A stretch of DNA of 64,000 nt from Asterias rubens (taxonomy: Eukaryota). A program made the translations under genes and the position numbers. Of this stretch, positions 53,530-64,000 are shown piece by piece. The notes under the pieces were generated by a model. That model had not been told where the DNA came from, did not search any database, and worked only from the letters and a program-made list of their open reading frames with translations. Every line of letters starts with the position of its first letter. The first letter of the stretch is position 1. The DNA lies in NCBI RefSeq assembly GCF_902459465.1, contig NW_022985717.1, positions 62,001-126,000 of the forward strand, given 5' to 3'.

Positions 53530-54250
53530 GTAGCTTTGGTTTTCTCAACAGTTCAATTCAATTCAATTCAGCTCAGTTTCAAGTCAACATGGCTTTATTG
53601 TACCAAAGAATAATAAATATGTAAAAGCAAACAAATCCTCTTCCAATCCGTCAGGCATCATCTCTTGAATCCTTCACAGCCAAGTTAAAACTCATTTTGC
53701 TTTTATGCTAAGCCAAGTTATTACACATGAATTTATGTTTATTCGTAGAAACTCTGTACAGTACAGCTCTTTGTAACTTTTGTAAAAAATGCTTTATCAT
53801 TTTTTTTATTACACATGACACTAGTCAGAAGACCAAAATCAAGATTATTTTGAGAAAGATTTCACCTCAAAGTAATTTTGCATCAGACAGAGATTTATGA
53901 AGCAGCTTCGGTTTTTCTCAATTCAATTCAGCTCATTTTCAAGTTAATGTAGTTTATTGTACCCCAAAATAATAAATAACGAAAAGCAAACAAACCCTCT
54001 TCCAATCTGTCAGGCATCATCTCTTGAATCATTCAAAGACATAATAAAACTCATTTTGCTTTTAAAATAATAATTAATATGCTAAGCCAAGTTGTTACAC
54101 ATGAATTTGTGTTTATTTGTAATACTCTGTACAGCTCTTTGTAACTTTTGTAAAAGGTGCTTTAAAAATATGATTTCTTTTAACACAATGACACTGTTGT
54201 CAGAAGACCAAAATGCAAATTTTGAGAAACATTTCACTTCGAAGTAATGT
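53530..54250. repeat. Imperfect tandem duplication, ~360-370 bp unit x2
   Basis: The AAAAGCAAACAAA...GTCAGGCATCATCTCTTGAATC...TATGCTAAGCCAAGTT...GTCAGAAGACCAAAAT block occurs twice. Confidence 0.75.
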
Positions 54251-56651
54251 GATACTGGAAAAATATATCACAGCAGGTTTTATGGCCCAAAATTAGAACA
54301 ACGTGTATTCAATTGAAATAAATTGCTCAAATTGCTTTGCCTGAACAGATTTGTATTATTCCACGTAGCCAAAATGGGTTCATGTCTTTAAATTAAGGAA
54401 AAGTCAATTTGAAACCTGAAACTCAAATGGAGGTTGTAAAGTGGTATTCATGTATCAAGTGTTTCTGGGGACTGTAACATGGAGGTAAATGGACATTCTG
54501 TGCCAAGTATTCAGACCTTTGGGATATAATGGTGGCAAGGCACCACAGCTTTCAAGCATTGCATGTCTTTATCACAAATGTCAAGTTGTCTGGTACCAGG
54601 GGTGCGTTCCACTCGCGCAAACGTTGCCAACAGTTGCGCACGTTCGCCAACAATTTCAAGTGGAACGAGTTGTTCGCTGCCACCGTTGGCGAACGTTGGC
54701 AACTTTAGGCGAACATACTTCGGAGGTGTTGGCGAGTGGTTTTTAAAATGGCAGACAAGCATACGGTACTATTTCTTTGTCACAAACATAATTACATTGT
54801 ATTTTCGGTGGATGATAATGCAGATTTGGAATAACAAAGTCAATTAGTTGATGTAATGATGTCAAAAAGAGGACTATTGCAGCAAAATAAAGTTTAAAAA
54901 AACTACGTATGGTGCGCGCCATCTTCATTTCAGGGCGCCGCCATATTGACATCGCGTATACGCACCAATCGTTCAAAAGATCAAAAACGTTTGCGCGAAC
55001 AGTTTCATAATAATGAAAGAAAAATAACCCTTTCACACGAAGTTGTGTGCGTTTACGTAGATGGTTGATTTCGAGACCTCAAGTTCTAAATCTGAGGTCT
55101 CGAAATCAAATTTGTGGAAAATTACTTCTTTCTCGAAAACTATGGCACTTCAGAGGGAGCCGTTTCTCACAATGTTTTATACCATTAACCTCTCCTCATT
55201 ACTCATCACCAAGAAAGGTTTTATGGCAATAATTATTTTGAGTAATTACCAATAGTGTCAACTGCCTTTAATTAAAATCACCTTTCTCTTACATGAATAA
55301 TACGAATAAGTAAAAATAATATTGTTTGAAGAGCCCAATGATCTGCAGTGATTACATCCAGTATGCAATCTGCCACTTCACCATGACTGTGGACTCACTT
55401 GTGAATCACCTGAATAAACATACAGAGGAAATGTCATCAGACTTTAAAAATTATAAAGCAGGATGTTAAAACACTGACTATTTCCCAGGAGTCCGTGCCC
55501 TACATAAAAAACACTGTGTACATTTCCACAACGTTTACCTCTACCAATGCGTGGGCAGAGAATGATTTCCCATGTATAGCAGAGCAGAATGATACACAAA
55601 ATGTTTCGATTGCTACTCAAAATCCACCCTTTGCTACTCAATATTGGGATTCACTGGGCACAAAATAAGTATGCATTGTTGGCTGAAATCATGCCCTTCG
55701 TGGTAACTTAATGCACGGTGTACTGTACATTTACAGTTAGAGATGTTTAATTTGTTGTGTTCAGCCTCCTGCCATTTTGTCTGAATCAAAAATGATTTTT
55801 TAAATAATAAGTGACTTAGTTATGGAGAGCCAATTCGCTGAAAGATTTTTGGATTTGATATGAGTTGAAATGTTTTTGTATTCACAATTAAAAAAGTGTT
55901 TGTGGCCAGAGGGTGAATTAAAACATAAACATTAAAAAACTTACAATATAACAATGGAAATGAAACTAACAAGAAAGAAAAGTGGTCTTTAGCAAATCAA
56001 AATTACAATTCAGACAGGACAATTGTAAAGAAACAATTATTTTAGAAAAAGAGTATTAAATGCGGTGTTCATGTTAAGGGTGGGGTGTATCCGACAGACA
56101 TGTATTTTGAGCAACAGTGACGTCATTAGTGCGGAGTGCTATTACCGTCATTTCCATCGTGAAGTGTATGAGGGCGTAGACACTTAGAGCTGCAGGTTTA
56201 AGTATAAAATTGTAGTGTGTTTAAGATCTCAGGAAGTGACTCATCCGCCTCTGCTGCATGTTCATGTTAAAAAGTTTAACTTTATAGGGGAACTTCACTA
56301 AACAAGTAAATTAAAGGTACAAACAGCACAGATTCATTCAGATTATGCGAATTAAGTTATCATGTACAAGCGCGAGTGAAATGTGAAAAAATATAGTGCT
56401 TCCTGTCTTCTGCGTCCTATATATACATGTATCCAATGATGCTGAGTTGGATATGGGACGGAGATGTGTTTTTTTTTTCTGTATTCCATGACCGCGCTTG
56501 TGATAACGAATTTATCTTCCAGCCTCATTAAATCAACCTGACAAATATACACTAACAAAACGCACAGTGCACAAATTTAAAAACTGGGAGTAGGTTATGG
56601 TTTGATTGGAAGATTAGGTCTACTGCTTACTCTGAAAGATAAAGTGTATTA

Positions 56652-57091
56652 GGCCACATAAAAAAAAAATTGTAAAAAAATTGTTGGTCGTCCTCGCCCG
56701 ACCGTTCAAAACCCCCCGACCCCCTTTTTTTTTTTTTTTTCTTTTTTTTTTTGAATCATAAAAAACAACCTTTTCAGCTGGTTACTTCCTCAAGGTTTGA
56801 GAAGATGTTTAAAGAAGGTTTTTTTTCATGTTGGCAAAGCAAGAACAATTCTGCAAATATTTACCTGGGGTACACTGTGCTTAGTTGTTGAAAAAATTTA
56901 CAGAAAATGACATCTATGAGGAGTTAAATTTGTTCGAAAAAACTATTGAAAACATCAAAAGCACACAAACCCTCCGTTTTATAGTGATTGTGATGATTTC
57001 TTTATTCTTGATTTCATATTTGGCATGTCAACAAAACTAAAAAAAAAGAAAAAAAAAAGGACGATCAAAAATTTTTGTTTTTTATGTGGCT
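56652..57091. mobile_element. PIF/Harbinger-type MITE with TTA TSD
   Basis: TTA|GGCCACATAAAAAA ... TTTTTATGTGGCT|TTA. Confidence 0.6.
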
Positions 57092-58504
57092 TTATGTGAC
57101 CAATGAAATTATCAAATTTGAGGCATTGCATGGTGACAAATCAATGTACTGTATTATTTGTGTTGCGTTAAAACTATGTGTGTATCTACTTGCCAGGTAG
57201 AGTTTGTTCTTTAGAGAATTGTCTTTCTATAATATTCTACTACCCCGAACATCTGCTCCGCGGTAGTAGAATAAAGCATGACAGTTCTCTAAAGAATAAA
57301 CTCTACCTGGCAAGTAGATATGGTGTTACCACAAACCAAATATACATCAAAACTCTTCTTGGAATGTACACTATAAACATTATCAGTATGTTGTTGTTTA
57401 GGTAGGAACAGCAAGCAATGGCTTTCTACGGAGAAACAACTTAATAAATACTGATTTCTGGTGTAAAATGACAAATAAATCACGAAATTGGGCCTGTAAA
57501 CTTTTTATGATCATCAAATGATTCGTTTTGTTTCATATCAGGCTTATTTTGATTCAATGTTATGATCAAAATAACCAATTGCTATTTCTCTGACTTTGAC
57601 AGTAGTCCCGACCATTTTTTTCTGCTGGTTCATATGTATGGTTAAGCCACAATACAACATTAATCTTGATGAAAATAATTATTTTATTTTGTATCCCCAT
57701 AAAGATTTCCTGTTATTATTAATTTTAAAATGAACACTTCCTGTTTACTCGTGTTAAACCAGACTAATGAATGGGCACGTTTATTGATTACAATTCTTAA
57801 AATTAATTAATTAGTTGTTTAAATGATGGGTAAATCAATACCATCATCGTGCCTTAAGCCTGGTTGGGGGCGGATTTAAAATCAATAAAAAAGTATCTGC
57901 TAAAAGATAGAATCTGCTTGCTTCACAAAGAAGCCATGAAAAAGCCTGCATGCACACGTGCATCATTTCTATCAGAATTGTTTTGACATCATATTGATCA
58001 TAACTGTTCAAAAGTGATGTTTGTTTTCAGAAATGATGACTCTTTTCCATGGGATGTGAAATTTCACAAATTGTTACTTTCTGTTTTACGATCGTTTGCT
58101 TTATTTCTATTAAATGGGTTAGAATTTGTTTAATTTTCCCCCTCATAATTAACAGCCCCAGTTTAAACGCATGGGACATGTCCCAACATGCATAAAATAA
58201 CAACCCTGTAAACATTTTGGCTCAACTGGTCATCGAATTTGCAAGAGAATAATGAAAGAAAAAACATCCTTGTTGGATTACTTTGTGGGCTTTCAGATGC
58301 AAAGTCAACATTGAAGGCTTCAGCTGAAGTCTTTTATTATTTGGGTGAGAAATTACCTCGATCTCAAAAACTAAGTTACTTCAGGGGAGCCGTTTCTCAC
58401 AATGTTTTATACTATCAACAGCTCTCCATTGCTGGTTGCCAAATAAGTTTTTATGAGTAGTCCATGCAAATGTGTCCAGTGCCTTTAAATTAGAAAACTG
58501 CCTC

Positions 58505-58895
58505 TAGCTCCCGGGCAATCCCGGTGGTCTAGTTGGTATGACCACGTTCATAGTATGGCCATAGAGCAAGGAACAGACACTGCTCTAGATTTGCAAAGGT
58601 CATGGGTTCAAATCCCACCCGAGTAATTTATGGGTGCGTTTGTTTAGCTCCCCTGGGTCGAACCCCGGTGTGTGGCGTGTTTTTTTCTCCAGGCAGACGT
58701 GTCCAGATAATTACCCACGTTCGTCCTGGAAAAAAAAACGCCACACACCGGGGTTGACCAGGGAAGCTAAACGAACGCACCCTAAATGCCTGTGATGTTT
58801 TTTCACAGAACTCGGGAAAGTTCAGAGTGTACAGTGCTGCGTATGGGTAAAAACCAAAACGAATATTCTTTATCCTCGATGCAAATTTAACATCT
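58505..58895 (+). mobile_element. tRNA-derived SINE interrupted by a 151-bp hairpin MITE (58632-58782)
   Basis: Head GGTGGTCTAGTTGGT...GGGTTCAAATCCC; body shared with 52553-52770 and with 59400-59640 (reverse). The insert has GGGTGCGTT...AACGCACCC TIRs and TAT/TAA flanks. Confidence 0.68.
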
Positions 58896-59714
58896 TGTAT
58901 CATTGATATTTCCCGCACATCTTGTCTTGACTGTCTTCTTGTAGTAGTAACTTTTTACTTGGGGGGTCATTCAACCCAAGACCTGAGGAAAAAAAAAGTG
59001 ATGATAAGTAGCTCTACACACTGCGTAGCTGCCGTTACCGTGGCAACCCTGTCTTGTTTCCTTTTATACGCTCGGGTTAAGTGAGATTTGAAGTCTTGAC
59101 AGAGGATACTAGGACTGATATTCAGATATCATTATTGCCATTAATAGCTAAGGATTGTTATCATTTGAATGGACTGTGAATAATTTCCCTTGTATTGGAG
59201 AACAAACTGCTACGCAAAATGTGCCAGTTGCTACTAAATACATCATCATAATTTGCTATTCAAAATAAGCGTGCTGTGCACTAAATTTGTTCAGTTACAT
59301 TACATTTGTTCGAGTAATAACCAATAGTGTCCGCTGCCTTTAATACGAAATGAGCCGGTTACACGCATGTTAATGTGCATGTACAATCCTTTTTTTAAAA
59401 ATACAGAATGGATGTTAATTTTTGCATCGGGGATAAATAATTTAAATAGGTTTTTTTACCCATACACCGAACTGTATACCCCTCCTGTTCCGAGTTCTGT
59501 AAACAAAATTTCACAGGCGAATCACTGGAGGGGGATTTGAACCCACAACCTTTGCATTCCAAATGCCTCTATCCACTGGGCTAGCTTTGTGGTCTAGTGG
59601 TAAGACATCTACTTCAGCAATGCAAAGGTCATGGGTTTGAAGCGCTGACAAATAGTTTGGGTGACAGTCAAAATCAAAATACCAATATAGTACATTCGAC
59701 TGTAAAATCATAGT

Positions 59715-60110
59715 TTACCTTTTAGGATTTGAGGCATTGCATGGTGACGTATCAATGTATATTTGGTTTGCGGTAACACCATGTGTGTATCTACTTGCCA
59801 GGTAGGGTTTGTTCTCCTAATGATGACTAGAGCAAGCTAGTCGAAACGTTGAGACCATTTCAGAACTGACTCTGCGGAAGTACAGTTAATTACGATCCTA
59901 TAAGCTAAAGTAGTAGTCCAGTCTAGTTTCTATACCATCCGCCCTCGTAATAGTTAAAAAGCAGGACAGTTCTTTTCAGAACTGAGAAGTCGCCCGAACC
60001 TCCGATTATCTTCTCCGCGGCAGTAGAATAAAGCAAGACAGTCCTCTAAGAACAAACTCTGCCTGGCAAGTAGATACACACATGGTGTTACCACAAACTA
60101 AATATACATA
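59715..60110. mobile_element. Penelope-like pLTR with inverted partial copy and mutated hammerhead (59812-59855)
   Basis: The reverse-oriented 3' piece (59715-59816) abuts the forward copy. The motif reads TTCTC-CTAATGA-T-GACTAG-AGCAAG-CTAGTC-GAAAC-GTT-GAGAC. Confidence 0.62.
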
Positions 60111-61656
60111 GTTTACCTTCTCAAGTGAAATTTCTGTTTAGCATTCATGAGCAAGAGCTTAACATGGTTCAAGGCATAGAGTCGTTGGGTTCAATGACAA
60201 TGAGTGCATTTAATTACCAAAATAGATTTTGTAGGAAATCAACGTCTGTTTTTGTTGGTCGTATGAACATACGTTGTGTTTGTTTATTATCCTTGTTGAT
60301 TGTTTACAAAAATAATCCATAGAGAAACCTTGCAGTTTCATAATGTGTTCATGAGTCCTTGCTCTTCATAAGTGCTATACAATAATGTACGGCGTGTAAA
60401 ATAGATTTACTTGAGTGGTATTTACTACAATTAAAGGGAAGATACACCTTTGTTAATTGTCATAGACCAGTCTATTTGTTATTTTATGTTTAGAAACACC
60501 AAGTGAGAAGACTGGTCTTTGACCATTACCAAAGGTGTGTGTGAACTTTTGCACGCGACGGTTTGTTTTCTTCATGATGATGTTTCCATCTGGTGACCTG
60601 TGAGATACGAATGCCATCGTTGGGGGAAATTCTTAGGAGCAACAGTTGATCACTGTGGAATCTCCCTTTTAATTTGTTTGTTTATACATTTATAACACTT
60701 CTCTAATTTTGGCATCGGCACTGAATTACATGATAGTGCACTGTGTCATGAGTAATTCTACAATCCCGGCCAAAATGCTTTGGCCAGCCATTCCTGAAGT
60801 TATATAAAACAATTCAATGTGCGCTTCCCATTCACAATAAGAAATTTTTCCCCCGCCCCCTGCTCAATGTTGACTGTAACTCAAAAGACAATCGGCAATT
60901 GGAACCAACATTGAAAGGGGGGCAGGGGGGGCCCCAACGAGATATGGCCGAGATTGTAGCTAGATGGTTGTACCCGGTAACCTCCATGTGAAACTGATGG
61001 CAGGCCTGATAATGTACGTCACAGCTAGGCCTTGGTGCCCTTGAAATGCTCCAGTAGTAACTAACAATTTCCTCATAGGGTGCCCTTTACCAAGGAGAAA
61101 ATGTCTTGGTGCCCTTGCCCTTTTAAAAACGAAGCATACATGTAATTGGCCTGTGACGGGTTCGATTTACCGGTCGGAAAGTGAATAATTATCACAATTT
61201 CCCTTGAACCCAGTCGTGTCATGCTGAGGTTGATTGTTTTGGTCAGCATAATGTGGTATTGTTTCACTCTGTGGAAGTTAATACTCAAGTACTTCCTTCC
61301 CCGTGGTTGTAAAAAAAGCTGGGCGCTTCCCTTTGTTCCAACAGCACTAATAATACTAAGTTTCCACTGAACGCAGTGTTCAGTTACACAGGGTTCAAGT
61401 ACATACGAATCGTCCTAGTTATGAACCCTTGCCTACTAGAGGCTTTGTGACCATAGAGAGCGATGACAACGTTTTGTTCATTTTCATTTTCGAGTAATTC
61501 TTTTTGATAGTTTCAATTTGTACTAATAAAAAAAAAACATATATCCTGAAAAACAAATATTGAAAGCTTTGATATGCCATAGGGATGTGATAAAGTGCAT
61601 GAACAAATAAATAATATTATACACATAATTCACTCAATTCATAATGGCTTTTAAGC

Positions 61657-62049
61657 AATAATAACCGTATTTATAACGCGCCTTTTGCCAAAGGATACAA
61701 AGCGCCAGGTATTATTACTGCAAGGAGTGGGGCGAATTTTTGAGATATAAGACCTAATCCTTAAGCACCATGTAATGGTTTACAAGGTGCTGTGGCGCAA
61801 TATGCTGCCAATCCAGCCAGGAACACATGGGCGAACCCCTTCTCTTTTTCGATAAGTGCACTGGGTTCTTTTACATGCGTTTACACAACACATGGGACCA
61901 ACGGCTTTACGTCCCATCTGAAGGACGAAGCAATGTGTCTTGCTTAAGGACACAAGTGTCACGGCTGGGGATTCGAACCTCCCACTCTGCTGATCAGAAA
62001 CACCAGAGTTTGAATTCGGTGCTCTTAACTGCTCGGCCACGACACTCCC
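61657..62049 (-). mobile_element. tRNA-derived SINE (full length)
   Basis: The minus strand reads GGGAGTGTCGTGGCCGAGCAG...GGTTCGAATCCCC (A/B boxes), then a GATGGGACGTAAAGCC...TGTAAAAGAACCCAGT core and a (TTA)n tail. Fragments occur at ~9588-9755 and ~49190-49400. Confidence 0.78.
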
Positions 62050-63606
62050 ACAATAAACTTTCTTCATACATGGAACTTTTTCATGGTGACCAAGAGTCGA
62101 AGTTGGGGGAAAGTTACATGTTATTGGCATAAATGTTTTGCTTTTGTATTTTTGAACCTCATTCAAGTTGATGATATGCAATGACGTTTTTTATTTTATT
62201 GTGCAAATCAGTGTTATTTAAAAGAAGACTGGCTTATTTATCGGAATAGTACGTTTAATAAGTGATCAGCCACTGGCATAAACTTGTGTTACTTATCTGC
62301 ATTGTGTAACTGATTAACTAATCCTTAATCAGATTAAATGCATGGATCATGTCAAAACAGAGAGAGAGACCTGTTTAATATGCATTCACCACGGGATCAA
62401 GATTATTCATTAGCTAAGCATTGACTAAAAGAGAGGCATGCTACCCTATGTACACAGAACAAAATCAATTTCTTCCTCAATAAACCAGTCTTCAATTATG
62501 AATTTCCAACATAACAGCTTGAAATCAAATGATGTAGCAGGATTGTGATTAGGAAACTATCAAGAAGAAATGGTCAGTTTTACTTTAGCTGCTGGGAGGA
62601 AAAACCTCATTGGGAAAAGCTCAATGCAAACTTAAGGTTGGGACTGAAAACCTGATCTACATAGTGTACATACTTTACAAGACTCTGGTCTGAAGTGGAT
62701 TTCGCACCAGGGCCCAATTTCACCAGAGCTGCTTTTGCGTGCGTAATAATTTAAGCAAAAATAATTGTTTCATTGTCAATATACATGATCTAGAATTATT
62801 GTTAAAATGCTGTGCTATAGTACCTTAAATTCAAAAAATGACAATCTCGGTAACACATACAATGCCTCACAATGTTTACATTGTGTACCTGGCACGACCC
62901 ACTTTGGATTGTATTTTCAATGCAGATAATGTAGGGCCTTGAAAATGTACACACTAGTTTATCACACAGATGGTTACACAACACTGTACATACATTACGA
63001 GAGCTAACTAATGATGTATGTCAATGTTTTGTTCATTTGTATCATAATACCAGCCTTACTGATGAGAGTAATTTTCCATGGTACATGTATGTTTTGTGAC
63101 TCACACAGAGACAGTTATTGACTTTTGAATCCTGGCTCTTCATACCTGTTTGTGCCTTTCTGTGTATTGAGAGAGAGAAAGACTGCATTATTTATCATAA
63201 TGCGATTAAATGTTCATCTTGGACAAACTTGTGCTAAATTACAATAATTATTATCTTATTGATGGAACACAGTCTCCTTCATTGTGGAAGTTTATCAAAT
63301 AAAATTTAATAAAGTTGATTTGAAGTATTTAGAAAGACCAATCCTTGTAGGAAGTAACCCATGCTTGTGCTTGATTCTGTTTTGCTTATTTTTTTTTTAT
63401 TGTTTAGCTCATTTTGAGGGCTTTTGAAACTCCGTTTGATGACTTGTGATTTTAGTGGGATAACTTCCTTGAAAACATTTGTAAATTAAAGTTGTTTTCT
63501 CTGACCTATGACTGAGTCATGTTGATATAAAGTGAATTGATAAAAGGTAGTGGACACTATTGGTAATTACTAAAAATAATTGTTAGCATAAAGACTTACT
63601 TGTTAA

Positions 63607-63973
63607 AGGAACACGTTGCCTTGGTCGGGTTGGTCTATAAAAAGCATTTGTAACCGTTTGTTATAAAATGCATATGGTGAGAAAGATAGAATACAATGAT
63701 CCACACAAACATGCCTCGAAATTGCACCGTTGTCCTTTTACATCGTCGACAAACACGGTCGGCCATTTATGGGAGTCAAATTTTTGACTCCCATAAATGG
63801 CTGACCGTGTTAGTTTGCAAAGTAAAAGGAAAACCACGCAATTTAGAGGCAAATTTGTGTGGATCTTTGTATTTTACTTTTAAAACGTCTTTCTAACCAT
63901 ATGCTTTATAAAAAAACGGTTACAAAATTCTTTTTTATAGACCAACTCATCCGATCCAAGGCAACGTGTTCCT
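63607..63973. mobile_element. Kolobok-type MITE nested in a family A MITE
   Basis: TTAA|AGGAACACGTTGCCTTGG...CCAAGGCAACGTGTTCCT|TTAA. The host (starting ~63546) resumes in register after the TSD. Confidence 0.8.
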
Positions 63974-64000
63974 TTAATGAGCAATGGGAGAGCTGTTGAT

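Overview
AT-rich, intron-containing animal genomic DNA, most likely an echinoderm such as a sea star (inferred from gene and repeat content, not verified). I reconstructed four spliced plus-strand genes by hand from GT-AG boundaries: a TMEM272-like gene (5' end not found), CHIC2 (complete, 5 exons, 166 aa), ALG11 (complete, 4 exons, 490 aa) and the first four coding exons of FCHSD2 (continues past the window). There is also an orphan minus-strand CUB-domain exon and a truncated signal-peptide/Ig gene fragment. The rest is dense with non-autonomous DNA transposons (TTAA-flanked Kolobok-type, Harbinger-type, hAT-type, one AcademH-like foldback), tRNA-derived SINEs, an L2/CR1 LINE tail and Penelope-like pLTR fragments carrying minimal hammerhead ribozyme motifs. 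The most unusual structure is an ~11.9 kb block (11195-23061) just after CHIC2. It is bounded by imperfect terminal and subterminal inverted repeats and filled with scrambled, duplicated fragments of at least five unrelated mobile-element genes (Kolobok-type, Sola-type and Harbinger transposases, RecQ-like helicase, OTU-like protease), all on the minus strand. All family assignments come from motif recognition, not database searches.
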